Origin: Pachysolen tannophilus NRRL Y-2460
Lineage: Eukaryota
Length of the DNA stretch: 20,000 bases
Direction: 5' to 3'
Assembly (NCBI GenBank): GCA_001661245.1
Contig: KV454018.1
Span: 356,582-376,581 of the forward strand
In this document: in pieces, positions 1 through 8,027 of the stretch
How the letters are laid out: the number at the start of each line of letters is the position of its first letter
Numbering within the stretch: the first letter of the stretch is position 1
The notes under the pieces: model-generated
Told to the model about the DNA's origin: nothing
The model's database searches: none
Seen by the model: the letters and a program-made list of their open reading frames with translations, nothing else
Translations under genes and position numbers: made by a program

Positions 1-1364
1 ACGCGATTTTTAGCTGGAGACGAAAGAGTATTATTGGCATTTACAATCCCAAGTGAGACTCTAGGAGGTTCAGCTAAAATTTCTTCTGGAGTAATAACGT
101 TACCTTTCTTAGGCGTTCTTGACGGAATTTGTTGCTGAGGATCATCTTTTAATCCATCTAAGGCAAAAGTAACTCTTCTTAATTTTGTCTTCAGCAATTT
201 AGCATCTGATAATTTTTTTTGTTTATTTTGTTCTTCTAGTAACTTATTTTCCAACTTTACTTGTGGAAGTGGGGATTTTAATGGAGACTGAGTACCTGAT
301 GATGCACCTGGAGCTCCCGAAGCAACTCCTAATCCTGTGTTCACGTTAGTTTGTGGTGCTTTTATAGGAGTTTGAGGTTTTGAAACACTCATTTTCCTTC
401 TTATGCCAAATAAACTTTTCTGTTCTGGTGATGAATTTTGAGGCGATAGATTTGATTGTGGTGTATGTTGCCCTCCTGTTTCAGGTACAAGTACAGCAGC
501 AGAATTTTTTGAAAATTTTGAAGAGATTGATGAAAATAATTTTTTTTTAGAATTTGAATTGGAACGTGATAACTCTGTTTGAACTTCACTATTAATTGTG
601 GGGAGTTTCCTAATTGAATTTTTTGCATGTGCAGCACCATTTGGAACTGGATCGCTTACTTTCCTATGAACTGGAGTTATCATTGATGAGGTTGATTCAG
701 AGGAAGACCGTTGTCTATTTGGTTGCAATATCTTACTTGTAGTTGGCAATTCATTCCCTGAAGATGATGCAGGTCTGGAATTTGAAGCAGGCGATGCAGT
801 ACCGCTATTGCTTCCAACAGTTCCAGCAGCACTCAGTGCTCCAAGACCACTTCCGTCACTGGAACTTGATTTTGTAACTGAAGCCAATGCTGATTTCAAT
901 GGCTGTGCCAGTGGCTGTTTTTCATCATGCAATTTTAAGTCCTCCAATTGTTCTGCTAGTGCAGACAGCGGTAGTGGCAGCAGTGACTGTGACTGTGACT
1001 GTGACTGTGGCAGTGGCGGCTGTTGTTGTGGTTGTTGTAGTTGTTGTTGCTGCTGCTGCCCCTGCTGCAATTTCTTTTTTTCGTCTTCATTACTATATAC
1101 GTGATGCTGCAGTTTTAATTGCGACTGCTGCTGTGACAAATCTTTTTTAGGTATTGGCTGCTTGGAAAAATTTAAAGTAACATCTTTATATTCTGGTTTT
1201 TTCTTTGCCAATTTCTTGCTAGCTTTACCTCTGAATAACCAATCAACATCACCATTGGAAACACCACTGTCAATGTCTATATCGCTAGGAGATGGAACAA
1301 TGCCCATACTATTTTTCAATTCATCGTCAATCTTAGAACCCATATCGTCCTTTCCCTCAGACAT
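1..1364 (-). CDS. GIP3: GIP3/HER1 (MHP1-related) Glc7/PP1-interacting protein, N-terminal part; continues beyond the left edge
   Basis: Manual translation from ATG at 1364 (MSEGKDDMGSK...) stays open to position 1. It contains DVDWLFRGK (cf. Gip3 VDWLYKGK), Q/S/P-rich low complexity, and LRRVTFALD...DDPQQQIPSRTPKKGNV (RVxF PP1-docking motif plus the family's conserved block). It is not in the ORF track because no stop falls in the window. Synteny with RPL5/COX11/RDS2 agrees. Confidence 0.85.
   Translation of the reverse strand, partial: MSEGKDDMGSKIDDELKNSMGIVPSPSDIDIDSGVSNGDVDWLFRGKASKKLAKKKPEYKDVTLNFSKQPIPKKDLSQQQSQLKLQHHVYSNEDEKKKLQQGQQQQQQLQQPQQQPPLPQSQSQSQSLLPLPLSALAEQLEDLKLHDEKQPLAQPLKSALASVTKSSSSDGSGLGALSAAGTVGSNSGTASPASNSRPASSSGNELPTTSKILQPNRQRSSSESTSSMITPVHRKVSDPVPNGAAHAKNSIRKLPTINSEVQTELSRSNSNSKKKLFSSISSKFSKNSAAVLVPETGGQHTPQSNLSPQNSSPEQKSLFGIRRKMSVSKPQTPIKAPQTNVNTGLGVASGAPGASSGTQSPLKSPLPQVKLENKLLEEQNKQKKLSDAKLLKTKLRRVTFALDGLKDDPQQQIPSRTPKKGNVITPEEILAEPPRVSLGIVNANNTLSSPAKNR
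961..1070 (-). repeat. Coding microsatellites (CAG/CAA, CAGTCA) encoding Q-rich and QS repeats in the GIP3-like gene
   Basis: Plus strand shows (gactgt)n and (tgt/tgc)n runs. Confidence 0.9.
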
Positions 1365-1701
1365 ATTATTCAAAATATAAGAAATCAGAAATAAAAAAAA
1401 ATTTAAAAAAAAAAAGTAAAAATTACTTGTTGAATTTTTACGGAATTAACGATCGACTGATATTATTATAGGTGATGAAGACGATAACGAAACCAAGTAA
1501 AACTTAAACCTGATATTTAGTACCGGTTTCTTATATCAGCAATCAATTAATAATCGTGAAATTAAGCGCCAATGAATGATAAAATTACTAAGATAAAAAA
1601 TAAACCACTTTGTTTGCTGTTTCCAATATGATAATTTGATGACTTGATAAAACAATAAAAACAATTAACAAATAACAAATAACAAATAACAAAAAAAAAA
1701 A

Positions 1702-2006
1702 NNNNNNNNNNNNNNNNNNNNNNNNNNNNNNNNNNNNNNNNNNNNNNNNNNNNNNNNNNNNNNNNNNNNNNNNNNNNNNNNNNNNNNNNNNNNNNNNNNN
1801 NNNNNNNNNNNNNNNNNNNNNNNNNNNNNNNNNNNNNNNNNNNNNNNNNNNNNNNNNNNNNNNNNNNNNNNNNNNNNNNNNNNNNNNNNNNNNNNNNNNN
1901 NNNNNNNNNNNNNNNNNNNNNNNNNNNNNNNNNNNNNNNNNNNNNNNNNNNNNNNNNNNNNNNNNNNNNNNNNNNNNNNNNNNNNNNNNNNNNNNNNNNN
2001 NNNNNN
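1702..2006. other. Assembly gap (305 N)
   Basis: N run flanked by (aacaaat)n and poly-A on the left, and by (ccaatt[c/a])n and a long poly-A on the right. Confidence 0.99.
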
Positions 2007-2056
2007 GGCCTGGTAAAACCATAAAAACCATTTCCCAATTCCCAATTACCAATTCC

Positions 2057-2095
<39 letters not shown>

Positions 2096-3074
2096 GGAAG
2101 AAAAAAGATAAATACTACCCTATCAATAAATTGACTGATAGAAATAAAGTCACTTTCTTTTTCTTTTTTTATTTTATTTTTTTTTATAAAAAAATATATA
2201 AAAAAAATTGAATGTAACTATCAAGATGTTTAGCTCCAATAAAAAAGATAGATTAATTATTTACTATACAACAAATTTTTTCTCTCTTTTTTTTTCTTCT
2301 TATTCTTCTTCTTCTTCTTCTTTTCCTTTGTTTCAATAAAAAAAGAAATGAGCTTTTCTTTGAGTTCTTTGCAGATTACATAATTGGATCGTCGAGGTTT
2401 CGGAGATAGTTCGAAATCCCAGTTGCACGGAGGTTCCCCTCTTTCCCTTTTTCACCTTTTTCACCTTTTTCACAATTTTTTCCCTTTTTCCTACATTCCA
2501 AATATTTGTCGTATTACAATATTTTAAAATGTAATTAGTAAAAGAGCCGGCGCGGGAGTGTCCCGTCAAATTCCCAATCGGCCCCTCTTTCTGGCCAAAA
2601 AAAAATTAAAAAAAAAAAAATATGATGCTTTTTTTTTTTTTTTTTTTTTCTTTTTCTTTTTCTTACCTCGTTTTGTGCATATTTATTTTTTACGAGGGTT
2701 TTTTTTATTCGGATCCTATATGGAATATGCTTTAAATTAATAATAATATTTTAATAATTAGGACCAAAAAAAAATTAAAAAAATAAAAAAAAAAAAAAAA
2801 AAATTTATAAGCCCTGTATCTATATCTATCTTTTAATAAAATAATTAATATGTAGATAGTAATTTTATAAATTCTATTATTATTTTAAATATATTTTTTT
2901 AATTCCGGATAAATTTTTGGGTGTTGTTCATTTTTATTACTTTGAAATCGGGAGGTTGTTTAGAAATCTCATTTCTATCGAGGATTTGCATGTTACGTTT
3001 GCATTCCATAGTGCTGCAAATTACGTAACAGGACTTTGGCCTACCCCACATCCCCTTTTGAAGTTCGCGACTCG

Positions 3075-3121
3075 CGGTTTACGGTTTACTGTTTACGGTT
3101 GACAGTTGGCAGTTGGCAGTT
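3075..3121. repeat. Degenerate 7-nt tandem repeat
   Basis: cggttta cggttta ctgttta cggttga cagttgg cagttgg cagtt. Confidence 0.85.
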
Positions 3122-3126
3122 CAAAG

Positions 3127-3180
3127 TTACCCCTAAAAAAGAAAAAACTGAACTCTTTGTTGCCAAATAGCCAGCCCTAA
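3127..3180. promoter_or_regulatory. Two Tbf1-like sites (the first overlaps a Reb1-like TTACCC)
   Basis: ttacccctaa at 3127-3136 and agccctaa at 3173-3180; the Tbf1 consensus is ARCCCTAA. Motif match only. Confidence 0.4.
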
Positions 3181-3391
3181 AATTATCGAGCGAAATAGAC
3201 ACTACTGTACGGTTTATTGGTTAGTAGACGCACGATCTTTATCAAATTTTTCTTCTTCTTTTCTTCTTCTTCTTTATATCATATACATATTATCTATCTA
3301 TAAATATATATATAATACTGTTAAAAAGATATTTGATACTATTAGTACTACTTATTAATAGTAGTAGTATTTAACAATATTATTATTAAAT

Positions 3392-4285
3392 TTAGTTTTC
3401 AGCTTTGAAAGCAGCAATTTTAGCAGCAACGCTAGCTCTTCTTTCTTCTTTAGTCAATTTAACTTGTCTGTATTTCTTTGATTCAGTAGCGTATTGTTCT
3501 TTTGTGAATTTCTTTTCAGTTGGTTTAAAAGAAGGATCTTCTCTAATGGCAGCATGAGCTTCTGTATAAATATCTTCAACACCATCAGCTTCAATATCAT
3601 CAGCCAAGTATCCTTTGAACAATTCTTTGAATTTTTCTTCATCATCATCAGCCAATTCTTCCATATATTCAGCAACGTGACCACCAAAGATGTATTTTCT
3701 TAACATTTCAGCATCTAATTCTTCAGATTCAACATCCCAACCTGGGAATCTGTTTGCAGAGTGAGGAACGTATAAACCACCATCAGAAGCACCTTTTAAA
3801 GCACCAAAGACTCTTGCACCGGTTGTAGTTCTTTGTAAACCAATATCTAAAAAGACTTTGAATGGTCTTGGACCATCTTCAACAGCTTCAGTTAATTCAA
3901 ATTCACCTTCAACTTCTTCAACACCTTTATAAGTTTCATCTAAACCTAATTTTTGTAAAGCTCTTCTAGCAACCAATAAACCAACAGCATAAGCTGCAGA
4001 CCAGTTGGTTAAACCATGAGTAATACCATATCTTGGTAATTCATGAGCATAAGCAGCAGTAAAGACAATATCACCGGTGATGGTAGAAGAAATAATTTGA
4101 GCAATGATATCCTTGTTGGTGAATCTAACAACTAATCTATATTTTGGAGTGTTGTATTTAGCCTTATGTTGAGCAACTAATCTCTTTCTTTGATAATAAT
4201 CAGTCTTACCTTCAGCTCTTCTTCTAAAAGGAGTCTGGTAACGGGAAAGGTAAGGAGAACTTTTCAAGACTTTTTGGAAAACCAT
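3392..4285 (-). CDS. RPL5: 60S ribosomal protein L5 (uL18), 297 aa
   Basis: MVFQK...[24 protein letters not shown]...[21 protein letters not shown]. The true ATG is at 4285; the ORF-track extension to 4318 starts at a non-ATG codon. Strong high-expression codon bias. Confidence 0.98.
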   Translation of the reverse strand: MVFQKVLKSSPYLSRYQTPFRRRAEGKTDYYQRKRLVAQHKAKYNTPKYRLVVRFTNKDIIAQIISSTITGDIVFTAAYAHELPRYGITHGLTNWSAAYAVGLLVARRALQKLGLDETYKGVEEVEGEFELTEAVEDGPRPFKVFLDIGLQRTTTGARVFGALKGASDGGLYVPHSANRFPGWDVESEELDAEMLRKYIFGGHVAEYMEELADDDEEKFKELFKGYLADDIEADGVEDIYTEAHAAIREDPSFKPTEKKFTKEQYATESKKYRQVKLTKEERRASVAAKIAAFKAEN

Positions 4286-4399
4286 TTTTCTTTTTTTTTT
4301 TTGTATTGGATTTATCAATTATGATAATTTAGATATAATTATAAACAATGTTTTTTTAAAAAAAAAAATTAAAAAAATCAATAGTATATAGTATAAAAG

Positions 4400-4463
4400 T
4401 GAAAAATTTTGTTAAAAATTTGGAAAAAAAAATGTGAAAAAATTTTTTGTGCGTGAAAAAATT
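4400..4463. promoter_or_regulatory. RRPE-like elements in the RPL5 promoter
   Basis: TGAAAAATTTT at 4400-4410 plus variants at 4435 and 4454, 115-180 nt upstream of the RPL5 ATG. Confidence 0.6.
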
Positions 4464-5416
4464 CAAAAGAAGAAAAAACCAAACTTCAATGATGAAAATT
4501 ACCACACGTTTAGGACTGACAATTACACATTCAAAGTGCGTGCAAACAAATTGCAAAAAATCCACATTAGGATTATTAAACACTACATCCACTACCTAGG
4601 TTTTTTTTTACACAGAAACATACATAATAATATTTAGCTCGGCTATACAATACGCTATGACTTTTTGGGACTTAATATCATACATATATACATACATAAA
4701 TACATAAATAGTTTGTAAATTTAAAGAATTGCAGCTAGTTAACAAATAAAATAGATAGAAAGATAGATTAGATAGATGCCTTTGCCTTTTTAGCAAGATG
4801 GTAATTTTCTTTAATTTTTTCTTTTTTTGCTTTTCTTTTCATTCTTAGCCTCCAATTACTCCATGTCTTTAATGTAGTGACACCTAAATTAATTTGTTAT
4901 TTAGTTAGTTAGTTACCTCTCTCTTCTCAGCCGGGACTTCGCCTCTCACGATTCAGGGCTGCCTGCCGCGCCCTCACTCTTGGCATTTTCTTTTTTTTTT
5001 CCCGCCTATTTTTTCTGTGCCGGCCTGGGGAGAGTGAAAGGACACTAAAGAGGAAAAGATAAGATAAACCTATTTCCGCATTAATTAATACAGTACCGTT
5101 AATAAGCTGATAAATAGAAACCGCTTCGCATGCTTTGCTTATAATATATATATATATATATATATAAATGTATATCGAATGCTTATACTTATCTGAGTTA
5201 ACTTTGGGGTTTAACTGAATTTAACTTTGAGTTTATAAAGTTTATAAAGTTTACTAAGTTAACTTATTTACTGGTTTACAATTAACAATTTACAATTTTG
5301 TTTTCTATAATATAAAATACTTGTTTTTTATATTTTCTTTATACTAATTAATTAGTACCAATATTAATAATAATATTAATAATATATATATATATATATA
5401 TATTTATGTCCAAAAG

Positions 5417-6295
5417 ATGATGTCAATCTCATCGGATCCACAAAAAACAACAGTTATTATTTCGAATCTTGCCAAAAAAGATTTCCCATTGAAGGAATCG
5501 TCTAATTCGTCATTATCACTGCCGCTGCCGCTGCTGCTGCTGCTGCTGCTGCTGCTGAATCTTGTTACAACTACATCATCAAGTTTAAAGCTTGCAGAAT
5601 TTTTAAAACTTAAAGTGCTACAAAAATTGGATACATTAAGTTTAATGAATGATTTAATAAAATGGATTAATTTACCAACTTTATCAAGAATTATTATTAA
5701 ATTTTCTACAGAATCTACATCTAAAAGAATTTATGAATATTTATTACTGAATTTTAGTAAAGATTATCCAGCTTTAGAAATTGATTTAATTTCACCTTTA
5801 GTTAGAACTAGATCTACAACAGATTCAATGTTAATTGCAAAAGATGGAAAATTGGATGCTCCTGATTATTTACAATTTCAAGATTTAAATGTACATTGCA
5901 AATTGAAAAATTCAAATAATACTTGTTATCAAGAACCAAGACCACAAAAATCTCCTGCAAGTTCTGCAAGTAATACACCTTTAGCATCACCAATTGATAG
6001 TAGTATTCTTAACGTTAGTGGTAGTGCTAGTGGTAGTGAATATTTTTTCGATGAAAGTGATCATAGCCGTAGTCGTACTCCACAAGTGATATATTCTCCT
6101 ACTCAGTATCAAGGAAAAGAATCAGATGTATTCCGTTATGATATTAACACAGGTGATTGTGATTATGATCATGAAAAACCAAATTTAAGCATTAATACTA
6201 ATATCAACGCAAGTAAAATTTTTGAAGGAGTAAATAGCTCCGATAGTATTCAAGAAAGTCCGATAATTACACTTGATGAAACTTTTACGAAGTAG
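5417..6295 (+). CDS. RCN2: Regulator of calcineurin, Rcn2-like
   Basis: N-terminal RRM-like segment (TTVIISNL...LPTLSRIIIKF), then RTRSTTD, YQEPRP, KPNLSINT and C-terminal SPIITLDE (PxIxIT-like). These match recalled Rcn2 motifs (LPFLNRIIIIF, RSRSTDD, YQEPLP, SPSITVNE). Syntenic with STE13 and MCT1. Confidence 0.8.
   Translation: MMSISSDPQKTTVIISNLAKKDFPLKESSNSSLSLPLPLLLLLLLLLNLVTTTSSSLKLAEFLKLKVLQKLDTLSLMNDLIKWINLPTLSRIIIKFSTESTSKRIYEYLLLNFSKDYPALEIDLISPLVRTRSTTDSMLIAKDGKLDAPDYLQFQDLNVHCKLKNSNNTCYQEPRPQKSPASSASNTPLASPIDSSILNVSGSASGSEYFFDESDHSRSRTPQVIYSPTQYQGKESDVFRYDINTGDCDYDHEKPNLSINTNINASKIFEGVNSSDSIQESPIITLDETFTK
5519..5557 (+). repeat. In-frame CTG-CCG-CTG-CCG-(CTG)9 microsatellite in RCN2
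   Basis: Directly visible; in frame with the ATG at 5417. Confidence 0.95.
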
Positions 6296-6627
6296 TATTT
6301 TTTAATAATCTTATTTGCTTTTTTAGTTAAATTTTTTTTTTTTAATTTGTTTTCATTTTCCAATTTTTATTATTTATTTGGGTGGTTATTCTTTCTTTTT
6401 TTTTCACTTTATAAAGAGAGTTTCTAGGAATAGGTTTGATTAGGTCATTTTTTAATCCATTTTTATATTATATATTCTATTAGCAAAAGAAAGAAAAAAA
6501 AAAATAAAAAAGAGGTAAAAGAAATTTTTTATTTTTTATTTGTTTTTGAAAGTTTAATAAATAATTTATTTATATGATGTATATATACAAGATACTTTTA
6601 CTCTCCTCCTCTTCTCTTTTTTGTCTT

Positions 6628-7557
6628 TTATGTTGTTTTAACCTTAACTGGTTCCGCTGATTCATTGTCGATTGGTGTTATCTGTGTAGTGGTATTACCT
6701 GGTCCCCCAGTAACTGCTACTAATTGTTGACCATCTTTATAATTAGCTTTGAAAAACGTATAATGCAAGACGATATCATCAACATTTCTCATGGTTGGAT
6801 CATTAACAAATTCTGGATCTATAAAGAAAAACAAAGGCATATCTATTTCTTCACCAGCATTCAATTTTTGTTCTTCAAAACAAAAACATTGAATCTTGTT
6901 GAAATAAGGCGCAACATGATCTGGAGTAACCGAATATGTAGCCATTCCAATAATATCCTTATCACTGTTATTCTTGGCCTTATAAAAGGCTAACGCAGTT
7001 TCCCCTGGAACCAAATAAACTTCTCGTTGTTGTGGTACAAATTTCCAAGGAAGAATTCTTGAAGTCTCTGCTGTAAATTGTACTCTAATTTTCTTGTTTG
7101 TATCAACGGCTACAACCTTATCAGGTGTCATCTTTGATGAATCAGTCATTGGAGTACCACCCCAACCTGTTTTCTGACATAAAGCTCTATATAATGGAAC
7201 TGATCCAAAAGCTAATGATAAAAACATTAACGCGAGACTACACCCATAAAGAAAAATCGTCTGATTACCCTTACGAGCCTTGGTCTCCTTTTGCCTCCGT
7301 ACCAACTCTTGGAAATCTTCTTTAGAAAGCTTAGAAAGCATCTGCTGAACCTCAGATTTCGAAAGTTGAGGCTTGTCTTGCTCACGTAATTCTTGGAAAT
7401 TTTTATTCAAATAATGGAAATCACGTTTAGAAACCAATACTACTACTCTACCATTAATACCACCACTACCGTAACCAAAACTCCTATTTAAAAATTTTGA
7501 AAAATCACCACTCCTCATAAAACTCCTTCCAAATAAACTTTTAAGTCTCAAACTCAT
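6628..7557 (-). CDS. COX11: Cytochrome c oxidase copper chaperone Cox11
   Basis: Arg/Ser-rich mitochondrial presequence, one TM helix, VPLYRALCQKTGWGG, and YFNKIQCFCFEEQKL (Cu-binding CFCF motif). Confidence 0.97.
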   Translation of the reverse strand: MSLRLKSLFGRSFMRSGDFSKFLNRSFGYGSGGINGRVVVLVSKRDFHYLNKNFQELREQDKPQLSKSEVQQMLSKLSKEDFQELVRRQKETKARKGNQTIFLYGCSLALMFLSLAFGSVPLYRALCQKTGWGGTPMTDSSKMTPDKVVAVDTNKKIRVQFTAETSRILPWKFVPQQREVYLVPGETALAFYKAKNNSDKDIIGMATYSVTPDHVAPYFNKIQCFCFEEQKLNAGEEIDMPLFFFIDPEFVNDPTMRNVDDIVLHYTFFKANYKDGQQLVAVTGGPGNTTTQITPIDNESAEPVKVKTT

Positions 7558-8027
7558 TCTCCTTTCCTTATAATCAATCTTACTTCAACAATAACTTCAA
7601 TTTATAAATCATCCATATTGTTAAGTACTGTTTTTTGATGGTTTTTGCTGAAAAATTAATCTGACCCAAAACGAACGACCGTAACTTGTTGTTTTACTTT
7701 TAATTTTTTATTTTTTTTTAAAGAACTATTTGAATTTTAAATTCATTAGAATAACAAAAGTTAATCAGTTGACAACCTGTTGATAATAAGATATCCTGAT
7801 TCAACTGTTTCATTAAGGATAAATCTCAGATTATGGGAATTGAATTCTTGATAGAAAGTTGATATCATAATTTGGTCAGTAATTAAAGTATTTGTTCTTA
7901 CTAAGACGCACGACTTGAGTTTAAAATTTATAATAAAAAGAACAAAAGAACCACGATTGCGATTTAATTTAAAATTTGTTTGGTTGATTGGATTTGGTTT
8001 TATTGATCGGAAAAATTAACTTGAGAA

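Noticed and set aside
808..1150. Cys-rich (metallothionein-like) and Val/Ala-rich + strand ORFs
   Set aside because: Antisense read-outs of the CAG/CAA/CAGTCA repeats of the GIP3-like gene.
1562..2059. Three ORFs spanning the N run
   Set aside because: Artefacts of the assembly gap.
2396..2420. tRNA T-arm-like GTTCGAAATCC
   Set aside because: No acceptor stem, D arm or anticodon arm could be built.
2564..2573. GTCAAATT complementary to 18S just 5' of U1191 (snR35-like guide)
   Set aside because: The partner guide CCGTGTT and correctly placed H/ACA boxes are absent.
2809..3036. Minus-strand AAGTCCTGT / ACAGGGCTTA pairing resembling the RNase MRP P4 helix
   Set aside because: No GAAAG CR-I context, no P1 helix, and much of the intervening sequence is almost pure A/T.
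2333..3102. Short intergenic ORFs of 60-78 aa
   Set aside because: Mostly non-ATG starts, homopolymer-derived K/F runs and no recognisable motif.
3205..3226. Minus-strand TACTAAC followed by CAG (branch point and 3' splice site)
   Set aside because: No canonical 5' splice site between it and the RPL5 stop codon, and no downstream coding exon.
4777..4810. CTTTGCCTTTT resembling U2 or U5 snRNA
   Set aside because: Lacks the U2 GTGTAGTATCTG and the exact U5 loop 1.
4875..4889. 14/15 match to part of the SP6 promoter (possible vector contamination)
   Set aside because: One mismatch and no vector-like flanks; most likely chance in AT-rich DNA.
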